Source: a candidate division WOR-1 bacterium RIFOXYB2_FULL_45_9
GTDB taxonomy: Bacteria > Margulisbacteria > WOR-1 > O2-12-FULL-45-9 > XYB2-FULL-48-7
Length of the DNA: 64,000 nucleotides
Reading direction: 5' to 3'
Assembly (NCBI GenBank): GCA_001771575.1
Contig: MEUD01000001.1
Coordinates: 415,277-479,276, forward strand
In this document: positions 10,435 to 22,671 of the stretch, in pieces
Position numbering within the stretch: the stretch's first letter is position 1
Layout of the letters: every line of letters starts with the position of its first letter
The notes under the pieces: model-generated
Seen by the model: the letters and a program-made list of their open reading frames with translations, nothing else
What the model was told of the DNA's origin: nothing
Database searches by the model: none
Made by a program: the position numbers and the translations under genes

Positions 10435-11522
10435 GCGGCCCCTTTCCTGGAAATATTTAAGATCACGCCGACCGCGAAAAGGTTGATGATCGTTGCCGTC
10501 CCACCGTAGCTAAGGAACGGCAAGGGGATCCCGGTCGTTGGGGCCAGACCGACCACCACCATAATATTGATCAGCGCCTGGGTCGACAGCCAGGCGACCA
10601 GGCCGGTCGCCAAAAGGCATTTGAACGGGTCTTTCGCTCCCAGCGCGATCAGAAAGCCGCGGTGAACAAAAAGGACAAAGATGGCGATGGCCAAAACTGC
10701 ACCGATAAAGCCGGTCTCCTCGCAATAAATGGCAAAGACAAAATCGGTGAACTGCTGGGGGAGATAAAAAAACTTCTGCCTTGAAGCGCCAAGCCCCAGG
10801 CCCATAATGCCACCCGACCCGACGGCCAAAAGGGACTGGATGATCTGGAAACCGATCCCCTGCGGGTCCTGCCAGGGGTCAAAAAAAGCGACAAACCTTT
10901 TTAAGCGGTACGGCGTGGTCACTCCCAGCACGATCACTCCGGCAACCGCCGCCAACCCAAGGAAAACGAACTGCGAATACTCCATCCCGGCGACAAAAAG
11001 CATGGCGAAGACTGACCCGGCCAGCGCCAGGACCGTCCCCAGGTCGGGCTGTTTAATGATCAGGGCGGCGACGAAAGCGAAGATCAATAAAGCCGGCAGG
11101 ACCCCTCTCATAAAATTGCCGATGTCCCCTTTTCTTTCCGACAGGAGCCTGGCCAGATAAACGGTCAAAGTAAATTTAATCAGCTCCGAAGGCTGAAAAG
11201 ATATTATCCCCAGATCGATCCACCTTGAAGCGCCGCTGATGTTATGCCCGATCCCGGGAACAAAGACCAGGACCAAAAAGAAGAGAGTGACCAAAAACAG
11301 ATGGAAAGAATAATTTTTCAGCTTGACCAGATCGAGACGAAATCCATAGTAACCGGCGCCGACCCCCAGGACCAGGAAAAAGAGATGGCGTTTAATGAAA
11401 TAGAGCATGTCACCATGCTTTAGCCCCATGGTGGGACTGGCGGAAAAAATCGTCGCCGTGCCGATCGCGGAGAGGAGGATGACCGCCAGCAAAAACCAAT
11501 AGTCTATTTTAAGTTTTGGCAT
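10431..11522 (-). CDS. ftsW: SEDS peptidoglycan polymerase FtsW
   Basis: FQPSELIK, QPDLGT, GIPLPFLSYGG; dcw context. Confidence 0.93.
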   Translation of the reverse strand: MPKLKIDYWFLLAVILLSAIGTATIFSASPTMGLKHGDMLYFIKRHLFFLVLGVGAGYYGFRLDLVKLKNYSFHLFLVTLFFLVLVFVPGIGHNISGASRWIDLGIISFQPSELIKFTLTVYLARLLSERKGDIGNFMRGVLPALLIFAFVAALIIKQPDLGTVLALAGSVFAMLFVAGMEYSQFVFLGLAAVAGVIVLGVTTPYRLKRFVAFFDPWQDPQGIGFQIIQSLLAVGSGGIMGLGLGASRQKFFYLPQQFTDFVFAIYCEETGFIGAVLAIAIFVLFVHRGFLIALGAKDPFKCLLATGLVAWLSTQALINIMVVVGLAPTTGIPLPFLSYGGTATIINLFAVGVILNISRKGAA

Positions 11523-12817
11523 AGCTCCTTGAAGACCCGTCCGCGCTCCTCATAGTTGCTGAACATGTCAAAGCTGGCGCACGCCGGAGAAAGGAGAACA
11601 ACATCCCCTTTTTCCGCCAGGCGATAGGCTTCACGGACCGCGTCCCCCATGGAAAAACCGGTCCGGTAAATATTGGCAAACTCGGCCTCGCGCAAAGCGG
11701 ACTCAAAACGGTCGGACGCCTCCCCGATCAGGACGACCGCTTTCACGCTCTCCTTGACCTTTTTTGCCAGCTCATCAAGGCTCACCCCTTTATCCCGTCC
11801 CCCCAAGATCAAGACCAGCCCCCGTCCTTTGAAGGTTTCGATCGCCACGAGGGTCGAATCGGGATTGGTCCCTTTGGAGTCGTTGTAAAACTCGATCCCT
11901 TTTTTCTTTCTGACAAATTCGATCCGGTGCTCCACTCCCGGGAAAGTTTTCAGCACCCGGGATATTTTTTCGTCTTTTATCCCGCAAAGCCGGGCCGCAA
12001 AGGCCGCCGCCAGCGCGTTCTCCAGATTGTGCCGTCCGGGGATCTTTATTTCGGTCGGGTCCAGGGTGATGATTTGAGCGGCGCGATCTTTCGCGAAAGG
12101 AGCAAGCCGCGCTTTGGCTCCCTGGACCATTTTCACCACCTGGGGATCGTCGGCATTGTAGACCAGGTGGTCGGCGCCGGTCTGATTCGAAAAAACCCTG
12201 GCTTTTTGGGCGATATATTCTTCGATCGTATGGTGCCTCTCCAAATGGTCGGGCTGAATGTTCAGGACAACGCTGATCCAGGGCTTGAAGTCGACGATCG
12301 CTTCCAGCTGATAACTGCTGACTTCGGCCACGACGTAATCCAACTTGGCATCATCAACCTCGATCAACGGGAGCCCGATATTACCGGCCACCGCGACCTT
12401 CTTCCCCCCAGCTTTGAGCATTTCACCGATCAGGGTCGTCGTCGTCGTTTTGCCGTTCGTTCCAGTGATGGCGATGATCGGTTTTGACAGAAAACGGGAA
12501 GCCAGCTCGATCTCCGAGATCACGGGAATTTTATTTTTTCTGGCCAGTTCAATGATCGGGATATCGAGATGGACCCCCGGACTGACCACTACCAAGTCTA
12601 AGCCTTCAACCAGCTCCGGAGGATGCTGGCCCAGTAACAGGCGGATCCCTTTGCTAGTTAAAGCTTCAAGCTGATCTTTTGGGAAAAGTTCTTCTTTTTT
12701 TGAGTCGGTCACCGTCACGACCGCTCCCAGTCCAGCCAGCTTAACGGCGGCCGAAAGTCCGCTTTTACCCAGTCCAACGATCAAGACCTTTTGGCCATTC
12801 ATGTTAATCGCTACCAT
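11504..12817 (-). CDS. murD: UDP-MurNAc-L-Ala--D-Glu ligase
   Basis: TGTNGKTTT, NDSKGTN, LSPACASFDMF. Confidence 0.97.
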   Translation of the reverse strand: MVAINMNGQKVLIVGLGKSGLSAAVKLAGLGAVVTVTDSKKEELFPKDQLEALTSKGIRLLLGQHPPELVEGLDLVVVSPGVHLDIPIIELARKNKIPVISEIELASRFLSKPIIAITGTNGKTTTTTLIGEMLKAGGKKVAVAGNIGLPLIEVDDAKLDYVVAEVSSYQLEAIVDFKPWISVVLNIQPDHLERHHTIEEYIAQKARVFSNQTGADHLVYNADDPQVVKMVQGAKARLAPFAKDRAAQIITLDPTEIKIPGRHNLENALAAAFAARLCGIKDEKISRVLKTFPGVEHRIEFVRKKKGIEFYNDSKGTNPDSTLVAIETFKGRGLVLILGGRDKGVSLDELAKKVKESVKAVVLIGEASDRFESALREAEFANIYRTGFSMGDAVREAYRLAEKGDVVLLSPACASFDMFSNYEERGRVFKELCQNLK

Positions 12818-13761
12818 AGTAATACTCCCGCCACTCCAAAGATCAAGCCAAGGGACCAGAAGCCAAGAACAACCGGAACCTCCTTGAAACCTAACAGCTC
12901 AAAATGATGGTGCAATGGGGACATCCGGAAGAGCCGCCGCTTAAACAACTTATAACAAGCGACCTGGACGATGACCGAAAGCGCCTCCAGGACAAAAACC
13001 CCGCCGATCACGATCAACCGGAGTTCCTGGTGGAGCAGGACCGCGATCCCGGCCAGCAAAGCGCCAAGCGCCAGCGAACCGGTATCGCCCATAAAGATCT
13101 GGGCCTTTGGAAAATTATAAAAGAGAAAAGCCAGTACGGAACCAGCAGCGATCAGGCAGACGCTCATCGCGTCGATCATTTGCAGGCGGTGGGCGATGAC
13201 GGCAAAAAAGAGGAAGGCAAGCCCGCCGGTCCCGGCCAGCAAGCCGTTAAGCCCGTCCGTCAAATTCGTGGCGTTGGCGGCGCCGACAATAATAAAAGTG
13301 GAGCCCAGCATATAAAGAAGCGGTTCGCCAAAGTATATATAATTTAACCAGCCGGTTTGCTGATGGTAGCCGATCGAAACAAGAAAAAAAGAAAAAAGCG
13401 CGGCAAAGGCCGACTGGAGAAAGATTTTTTGCCAAAAATTCAATCCGAGATTTTGTTTTTTTATGGTTTTGGTCAGGTCGTCGAACAACCCGATCCCGGC
13501 GAAAGCAAACATTAGAAGAAGGATGGCCGCGTAGCGAAAGTCCATTTCCACGTTAACAAAGATCAGCACCATGATCAGGATCGCGAGCCCAAACCCAACC
13601 CCTCCCATGATCGGGGTCCCGGCTTTATTTAAATGACTTTGCGGCCCCTCCGCCCTGATATATTGGCGCGTTTTAAAAAAGCGCGAACCAGCGATAACTG
13701 GGTAGGTGATCAACAGGGAGATAAGCGCCGCCGTAAAAAATAGTACAATCTGCGAAATCAC
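12811..13761 (-). CDS. mraY: Phospho-MurNAc-pentapeptide transferase
   Basis: KAGTPIMGG, NLTDGLNGL, FMGDTGS, PLHHHFE. Confidence 0.96.
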   Translation of the reverse strand: MISQIVLFFTAALISLLITYPVIAGSRFFKTRQYIRAEGPQSHLNKAGTPIMGGVGFGLAILIMVLIFVNVEMDFRYAAILLLMFAFAGIGLFDDLTKTIKKQNLGLNFWQKIFLQSAFAALFSFFLVSIGYHQQTGWLNYIYFGEPLLYMLGSTFIIVGAANATNLTDGLNGLLAGTGGLAFLFFAVIAHRLQMIDAMSVCLIAAGSVLAFLFYNFPKAQIFMGDTGSLALGALLAGIAVLLHQELRLIVIGGVFVLEALSVIVQVACYKLFKRRLFRMSPLHHHFELLGFKEVPVVLGFWSLGLIFGVAGVLLW

Positions 13762-13798
13762 AACCTGATATTATCACATTTTACCGAGGCCAGCAAAC

Positions 13799-13838
13799 AA
13801 AAAAGCCCTCCCGGGTCGAACCCGCCAGAGGGCTTTTT
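13799..13838. terminator. Intrinsic terminator (bidirectional-looking)
   Basis: AAAAAGCCCTC...GAGGGCTTTTT just after the 13851 stop. Confidence 0.75.
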
Positions 13839-13850
13839 CAAGAGAACTTT

Positions 13851-14372
13851 TTACATGAAATAATAGCCGAAATTAACGAACACTCCAGGCAAGATGCTGG
13901 TGGTGTTGGCCCCGCCAGCTGAAGTGATGGAAAGGACAATGATATCAGCCCCAACGCAAAGATTGGGTTGAACCATGGTCTTCATCCCCCAGGTCCCGCC
14001 AAAAGTTGTGATCGAAGCGCCGCCAGTAGAAAATGTGCTAAAGTAACCGCCGATCCCGGTCTGAACATTACTGATGCTGTTCAAGTTGTAATCAACTTTA
14101 CCAATAATGAAAGTCGTGGAGGCGTTACCGGTGGTAAACGAGGCGCCGATGGTCCCCATCAAATCATCATTAAAATGAAATTTCATTGCCGGGGTGCCGC
14201 CCAAGGTACCGACCGCCATTTTTCCAGCCATTGAACCGGAGCCTGAACCGGAATCAGCCTGCATTTGCAGAGCTTTAGTCGCCGGGCTGGCTTTTTTGAC
14301 TTGCGCGTTCGCGGAGACTGAAAGTCCCGCGATTAACAATAGAACGGTGATAACAGAAATAAGTTTCTTCAT
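13851..14372 (-). CDS. Secreted / outer-membrane beta-barrel protein
   Basis: Signal peptide, amphipathic strands, C-terminal FGYYFM. Confidence 0.65.
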   Translation of the reverse strand: MKKLISVITVLLLIAGLSVSANAQVKKASPATKALQMQADSGSGSGSMAGKMAVGTLGGTPAMKFHFNDDLMGTIGASFTTGNASTTFIIGKVDYNLNSISNVQTGIGGYFSTFSTGGASITTFGGTWGMKTMVQPNLCVGADIIVLSITSAGGANTTSILPGVFVNFGYYFM

Positions 14373-14459
14373 TCATTTCACCCCCTTTTTATTTGGATTC
14401 CTTATTAATAAGTCTAATCCCGGCTAATGCTACCATATTTAGTTTGAATGTCAAAGCGA

Positions 14460-15842
14460 CTATTCAAGCGTAAAGATATTGCCTCTCCCAAGCACCCCTT
14501 GAGGATCATATTTTTTCTTTGTTCGCCTCATCCGCTCTATCCCATTTTCACCGTACATTTCCAGTAAATAATCGCGCTTGATCTTGCCGATCCCGTGCTC
14601 GGCCGAGACCGTCCCTCCCAGCTCGACCGCTTTTTTCACGAACCGCAGGATCAAACCTTTAGCCAGAACAATTTCCGCCTCATTTTTTGGTAACAAATTA
14701 ACGTGCAGATGATTATCGCCGATATGGCCGAATTTTATGTAAAAAAGCTTTAAGCTTTCAGCTTTAAGCTGATCATTGTAATAATTAAACATCTCGCGGA
14801 ACTTCCCCTCCGGTACGGCGATATCGGTCGCCATTTTAACCAAGTGATGTTCTTTGAACAACTCGTTGATATGCTCCGGTATCGCGTGACGAAATTGGCG
14901 CAACTGCTCTTTTTGTTTAGCGTCGCTCCCGATCCAGGCCTCTTCCAGCGAGGAATCGTGGGCTATTAATAGTTTTTCCCATTCTTCAAGATAATTCTGG
15001 TTTCGCTCCGTCAGCTCCTGTTCAACATAGACCGCCGCTTCCCTCTCCAGCGGGATGTGAGGATAGCTCCGCCCCAGCATTTGCAGTGTGTTAGGGTCAA
15101 AATATTCAAAGAAATTGATCGATCGGTCATCGATCTTTTTTGCCGCCTCAACAAAACCAAGCGCCCCCTCTTCCGTTTTAAAGAAGGCCACCAGCTCAAA
15201 AGTATCGGCCATTTTCGGCAGTAGGCTGACTTCGATCTCGGAAATAAATCCTAGGGTCCCTTCCTGTCCGATAAAAAGATCGATCAGCTCCATCTCCGGC
15301 CTCGCGTAGTACCCAGCCGCGTTCTTGAGCCCTCTGACCGGGCTTTCTTTTCTTTTTAGCTCCAGCCGCTCTCCGCTGGTCAGCAAAACCTTTAGGCCTA
15401 AAATATGATCGCGGGTCGAGCCGAAACGATAGCTTCGGCCGCCGGAAGCGTTGGTGTTGACGTTCCCGCCAACAGTGGCGCTCTTCTCCGTCGGGTCCGG
15501 CGCGTAAAACAAGCCGTATGGCGCGGACGCTTTGGCCAATTCTTCCAAAGTAACACCGGACTGAATCAGCGCGGTCTTTTTTATCTGATCGATCTCAATT
15601 ATTTTGTTAAGCTTCTGGACCGAGAGGATGTTGCCGCCAAATGGGATACACCCTCCGGTCGTCCCGGTTTGGGCGGCGGAAAAGGTTAATGGCTCTTTTT
15701 TAGCGGCGCATTCCAAAAGGGCTTCTTTAGCCTCGGCCTCGTTTTGAGGGAGATAAAGGCCATCGGCGGAACCTCCGGTCAGGTTGGAGCTGTCTTCCAG
15801 ATAGCCGGCGATGATCGATTGGTCAGTGATCTTTTTTAGCAT
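14460..15842 (-). CDS. FAD-linked oxidase (GlcD / D-lactate dehydrogenase family)
   Basis: PDPTEKSATVGG, FGHIGDNHLH, SAEHGIGK; start moved to ATG 15842. Confidence 0.88.
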   Translation of the reverse strand: MLKKITDQSIIAGYLEDSSNLTGGSADGLYLPQNEAEAKEALLECAAKKEPLTFSAAQTGTTGGCIPFGGNILSVQKLNKIIEIDQIKKTALIQSGVTLEELAKASAPYGLFYAPDPTEKSATVGGNVNTNASGGRSYRFGSTRDHILGLKVLLTSGERLELKRKESPVRGLKNAAGYYARPEMELIDLFIGQEGTLGFISEIEVSLLPKMADTFELVAFFKTEEGALGFVEAAKKIDDRSINFFEYFDPNTLQMLGRSYPHIPLEREAAVYVEQELTERNQNYLEEWEKLLIAHDSSLEEAWIGSDAKQKEQLRQFRHAIPEHINELFKEHHLVKMATDIAVPEGKFREMFNYYNDQLKAESLKLFYIKFGHIGDNHLHVNLLPKNEAEIVLAKGLILRFVKKAVELGGTVSAEHGIGKIKRDYLLEMYGENGIERMRRTKKKYDPQGVLGRGNIFTLE

Positions 15843-15859
15843 GTTACCCATTATATAAC

Positions 15860-15890
15860 AAAAAAGCGAATACTTAATGTATTCGCTTTT
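15860..15890 (-). terminator. rRNA operon terminator
   Basis: AAAAGCGAATAC-ttaat-GTATTCGCTTTT hairpin downstream of 5S. Confidence 0.75.
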
Positions 15891-15913
15891 CTTAAATTTA
15901 TCGAGGGCAAAAA

Positions 15914-16032
15914 CCCCGGCGACGTTCTACTCTCCCCCAAAACGAAGTTAAGGAGTACCATCGACCCGGGAGGATTTCACTGCCGTGTTCGGAATGGGAA
16001 CGGGTGGGTCACCTCCGGTATGGTCACCGGGA
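15914..16032 (-). rRNA. rrf: 5S rRNA
   Basis: Minus strand CCCGGTGACCATACCGGAGG...CCCATTCCGAACACGGCAGTGAAA...GAGAGTAGAACGTCGCCGGGG. Confidence 0.95.
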
Positions 16033-16105
16033 TTTTTACCTTCGTATAAATATGATAGCGTTGAAGTCAAGAAATAAATCCCCGCAATGCGAGAAAAGAG
16101 AGAAT

Positions 16106-18968
<2,863 letters not shown>

Positions 18969-19212
18969 TTCTCTCTTTCTCGATGCGGGAATTTATTCCT
19001 GCTTCAACCTTAACATACTTATACAAAACCCTATTCAATTATCAAGCTGCTTGCCTTGTCTCCAAGTTTTTCCGCCGAAGCGAAAAACAAGTCCCTTTCG
19101 AGGAACCTGGAGGGCCATGAAAAAACGCACCGTAGTGCGTTTCACACGCTCGGTCTATTAAATTTAAACGCTAAAAAATTAGGTAATAAATCTATTCACA
19201 GACGAGGTTGTA

Positions 19213-19242
19213 ATTATATCTTAGTTTGCCTTTTGTTGTCAA
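19213..19242 (-). promoter_or_regulatory. Sigma70 promoter of the 23S-5S unit
   Basis: TTGACA-N18-TATAAT on the minus strand, ~250 nt upstream of 23S. Confidence 0.8.
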
Positions 19243-19308
19243 GGGGATTTTTGGCAATTTTCAGCCTAATTCCAGTTCAGACCTAATTAACCTGGTTTTC
19301 CGCGGAAA

Positions 19309-20070
19309 TCAAGACTTTCCGCCAGCCGAACAGGCAAGGCATTTCTTGTTTCTGGGGACCTTGACCTTCCTGAAGGAGCGCTCAAGCGGGTCGATGACCA
19401 TTAACTCGCCCCCCGCCAGTTCTCCCGCCCCAAGAAGGAGCTTGATCGCTTCCGCCGCTTGCCAGGTCCCGACCAGTCCCGGAAGAAAACCGATCACCCC
19501 ATTCTCCCGGCACGAGGGAATTTCGCCCGGTGGGGGCTCTTCGGCAAAAAGACAGCGGAAGCACGGCCCCTCCCCCGGCTTTATGACCATTAACTGCCCT
19601 TCAAACTGATAGACCGCTCCATAAATCAGCGGCTTTTCCTGCTCAACGCACGTATCATTTAATATATAGCGGGTGGCAAAATTATCGCTCCCGTCAATCA
19701 CTATTTCATAATCCTTGACGATCCGGGCGGCATTTTCGGCGGTCAAACGGGTAGAAAAGGCCAAAACTTCGCAGTCGGGATTTAATGCTTTGATCCGGTG
19801 GGCGGCGATCTGCGCTTTGAGGCGGCCGACCTCATCCGACGAGTAGAGGGTTTGGCGATTTAAGTTTGACAGCTCGATAAAGTCGCTGTCGACGATACCG
19901 ATCCGGCCGACCCCTGCGGCGGCGAGATATTGCAGAGCTGGAGAGCCGAGACCACCAGCACCGACGACCAAAACTTTTCCGAGGCGGAGTTTTTCCTGGC
20001 CGACCGTACCGACTGCAGGGAGAATGAGCTGGCGGCTATAGCGCCCTTCGTTTTCGCAATTACCAGACAT
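19309..20070 (-). CDS. MoeB/ThiF family adenylyltransferase
   Basis: RYSRQ, GAGGLGS, SNLNRQ, DGSDNF, CFRC and CLAC; start moved to ATG 20070. Confidence 0.9.
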   Translation of the reverse strand: MSGNCENEGRYSRQLILPAVGTVGQEKLRLGKVLVVGAGGLGSPALQYLAAAGVGRIGIVDSDFIELSNLNRQTLYSSDEVGRLKAQIAAHRIKALNPDCEVLAFSTRLTAENAARIVKDYEIVIDGSDNFATRYILNDTCVEQEKPLIYGAVYQFEGQLMVIKPGEGPCFRCLFAEEPPPGEIPSCRENGVIGFLPGLVGTWQAAEAIKLLLGAGELAGGELMVIDPLERSFRKVKVPRNKKCLACSAGGKS

Positions 20071-20635
20071 ATAAATCACCCAGGGTCCAAAGGCCAAACA
20101 TAATGAATATAGCGGCTCCGACCAGCTTCACGTTTTTTTGGGGGATAAGATCTTTGGTCCATTTACCGGCCAGGGCGCCAAGAGTATTGACCGCGATCAT
20201 GGCCAGGGTGGCGCCGACCCAAACTTGGAAAGGACTGCCGTATTGGGCGGTCAGAGCCAGCGTGGCGATCTGGGTTTTATCCCCCAGCTCGGCCAGGAGA
20301 AAGGCGGTAAAGACGAGCCAAAACGGGGAACGCTTCCCCTTTGCTTCCGCTTCGTCGTCGTCAGCTTCTTCTTTTCCAAGAATTGTCCAAAAGCCGAAAG
20401 CGATAAAGAGGATCCCGGCGATGGTCTGGATATATATGATAGGGACAAAGCGGTTGAGTAGCCCGCCAAAGATGACCGCCAGCGCCATTAGGAGGGCCGA
20501 GGCGCAAGATACGGCAGCGATAACTATTCTGGCTGAATATTTGGTGGCCAGACCAAAAGTGAGGAGTTGGGTTTTATCTCCCAGCTCCGCCACCGCGATC
20601 ATTATAAATGTAGTTATAAATGGGATTAAGGACAT
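20060..20635 (-). CDS. TMEM165/GDT1 (UPF0016) Ca2+/Mn2+ transporter
   Basis: Two ELGDKTQ motifs. Confidence 0.93.
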   Translation of the reverse strand: MSLIPFITTFIMIAVAELGDKTQLLTFGLATKYSARIVIAAVSCASALLMALAVIFGGLLNRFVPIIYIQTIAGILFIAFGFWTILGKEEADDDEAEAKGKRSPFWLVFTAFLLAELGDKTQIATLALTAQYGSPFQVWVGATLAMIAVNTLGALAGKWTKDLIPQKNVKLVGAAIFIMFGLWTLGDLYVW

Positions 20636-20802
20636 GGGGATATTATAACACCCGTTCGGAACCTGAGAATGAATTCTCGGTTCCTCACGAGAAACCGGTA
20701 ACTTTGCGGCTTATGACCAGGAAACCTGTCCCGATTGGATCGGGAAGTTTTCTTGGTTTTTCCCCTGTACGTATTTAGATATTTTGCTCTCTTTTACGCC
20801 TT

Positions 20803-20838
20803 GTCCATTTTCTTTGTCTGGCCACAAAGAAAATGGAC
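20803..20838. repeat. Perfect 15-bp inverted repeat (REP-like)
   Basis: GTCCATTTTCTTTGT-ctggcc-ACAAAGAAAATGGAC. Confidence 0.85.
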
Positions 20839-21143
20839 GAAAAGAAAAGGCCTTACGCATTTCGACTTTTTTTAAGGTAAGCGAAATGCGTCGAACACTC
20901 TGAACTTATACCAGATATTTTTAATCTAAATGAAGGCAATAATCCAAACGGTTTTTCAGTTGAGAAGATCGGACATCGTTATTTCTGTTTGTCGCGATGC
21001 ATTTTTAGGTATGCACTCTTTCAATGGTTTTGCCTTTAAGCCCTGCCTTCTATGGAAAGGGGCTCCTTGAGTTGGCAGGGGCATTTTGAAGGGCCAGTTG
21101 CTAAAAGTCCAAAATTTGGTAAAATTAGAAATTGTATTGGCGT

Positions 21144-21215
21144 TCCCCGGTAGCGCAGTGGTAGCGCAGGTGACTGTTAATCACTTGGTCGTAGGTTCGA
21201 ATCCTACCCGGGGAG
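21144..21215 (+). tRNA. tRNA-Asn(GTT), CCA not encoded
   Basis: Acceptor stem TCCCCGG/CCGGGGA-G, anticodon arm GGTGA-CTGTTAA-TCACT, T arm GTAGG-TTCGAAT-CCTAC. Confidence 0.96.
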
Positions 21216-21247
21216 CTTTTCTTTTTTGTCCCCAAAAAAGAAAAGCG
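21215..21247 (+). terminator. Hairpin directly after tRNA-Asn
   Basis: GCTTTTCTTTTTTG-tcc-CAAAAAAGAAAAGC. Confidence 0.6.
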
Positions 21248-21447
21248 GCAATTGCGTTCAGCAATTGGATTTTGCGAACCCCGGCGCTTGACGACGGGTG
21301 AGCAAAATCAAGGGTAGGATGAGAAAGGCGTTTTTGCGCCGAGCGAAGCGAGGATCAGCGAGCGACACTCCTGCCCTAGCAGGATGAGCGAGCGAAAGCA
21401 AAAACGCCATGTCCCGTAGTCGCCGCCCAAAGCGGCACGGAGGACGA

Positions 21448-21463
21448 AATCCTACCAGGGGAG
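21448..21463 (+). repeat. Near-identical copy of the tRNA-Asn 3' end (att-like)
   Basis: AATCCTACCAGGGGAG vs tRNA 21200-21215 AATCCTACCCGGGGAG (15/16). Confidence 0.8.
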
Positions 21464-21693
21464 GGCCGATTTTTTTTGATTATCTTCGAGAGTGTAAAAC
21501 TAGGCGCTACTCCCTGCCTGCAGGCAGGTTAGTATTACGGACTATTTTCTAATTGCAAGTGGTCCAGTTTTTGGGGGGAAGGTCACCACAATATCGATAA
21601 TTTCCCAATAGATCCCCTGTTTAACCACAAATCCGCTCGCAACGAGCAAGGAAAGGCCGATGAGGAGCCAACCCTGGAGTTTATCGTGCATAT

Positions 21694-22671
21694 TTAATCC
21701 TTTAATCTCTTTTTTGACACGGCACAAGCATCTTTTAATGATTTACAAGTGAATAAAGTATCCAACATGCACTTTAATCTCCCATTTGACCATATTTTGC
21801 CAATTGGCAATTCCTTTCTTGGCTCAAATGGTTCTCCCAAATATAATAAATAGTGATTTTTAACTTTACCTCTTTTTATCTCTGGGATTCGGCTATGCAT
21901 ATCAGCAACAATCTCATAAGATTTCACATAATGGATCGACTGCAATTTACCATCATATCTAAAACCCATATAATTGAGAGGTATTTTGGGCCAATTCTTT
22001 TCTGCTGGATAAAAGTAGAGGCGTTTTTTATTAATAACATCTCTCCAGGATATTTTTGACCATTTTGGTGTTTTATTCGATAGTGATACAACATAGACCC
22101 AATTAGATTCCTTGTTTTCCATTTGGACCTCCTCAAGCAAATATTTTTGCAGCTCTGATAAAAGATACTTTTCCTTATTTGATGCCTCATGGTAAATATA
22201 ATTAATTGTTTTAATCACATCATGCCAAGAAATTGACTTTATAGGAACCCCGCGAATTGATCGTTTTAAATTACCATTAAAATATTCTTCCGTGCAATCA
22301 CTGAGAACCAGAAACATTCTCTTGGTTCTCTTATAGCCGCCAAACCTCTCCCTGTATTTTTTGAGTTGGTCCAGGGTTGGCAAAGACCACCCCTTTTTTG
22401 CTTCTATGATACAAAAGAACCTATTATCAACAACAATTTCAATGTCCGTTATCCCCTTTTCCCCATGTTTTTGAAGACGAATAACAATATTATTGTATTT
22501 CATATCTCTGTTATACATTCGCTTGATTAAGGCTTTCACCAATCTTGGGACCCTTGCCATTGTATATCCCAAACTGTATGTTAAATCATTTTCACTAACG
22601 CCTAAAAGTTCAAATACGCTTTCAATTTGATCATCATTAATAGATATTACTGTTGATGGAGTTTTATTCAT
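21694..22671 (-). CDS. PD-(D/E)XK superfamily nuclease with a C-terminal extra domain
   Basis: ENDLT...ITDIEI...IIEAK...DQLKKY motif series; ATGA overlap with hsdR. Confidence 0.7.
   Translation of the reverse strand: MNKTPSTVISINDDQIESVFELLGVSENDLTYSLGYTMARVPRLVKALIKRMYNRDMKYNNIVIRLQKHGEKGITDIEIVVDNRFFCIIEAKKGWSLPTLDQLKKYRERFGGYKRTKRMFLVLSDCTEEYFNGNLKRSIRGVPIKSISWHDVIKTINYIYHEASNKEKYLLSELQKYLLEEVQMENKESNWVYVVSLSNKTPKWSKISWRDVINKKRLYFYPAEKNWPKIPLNYMGFRYDGKLQSIHYVKSYEIVADMHSRIPEIKRGKVKNHYLLYLGEPFEPRKELPIGKIWSNGRLKCMLDTLFTCKSLKDACAVSKKRLKD

Noticed and set aside
20636..20800. yybP-ykoY manganese riboswitch upstream of GDT1
   Set aside because: I do not see its conserved motifs, and a -10 box 6 nt from the ATG implies no leader.
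21505..21535. CCTGCCTGCAGGCAGG palindrome
   Set aside because: Real but short and single-copy in this window; probably a generic REP-type motif.
21542..21727. 61-aa hydrophobic ORF after the nuclease
   Set aside because: Short with no recognisable family; may be a fragment, so it is not supportable as a gene.
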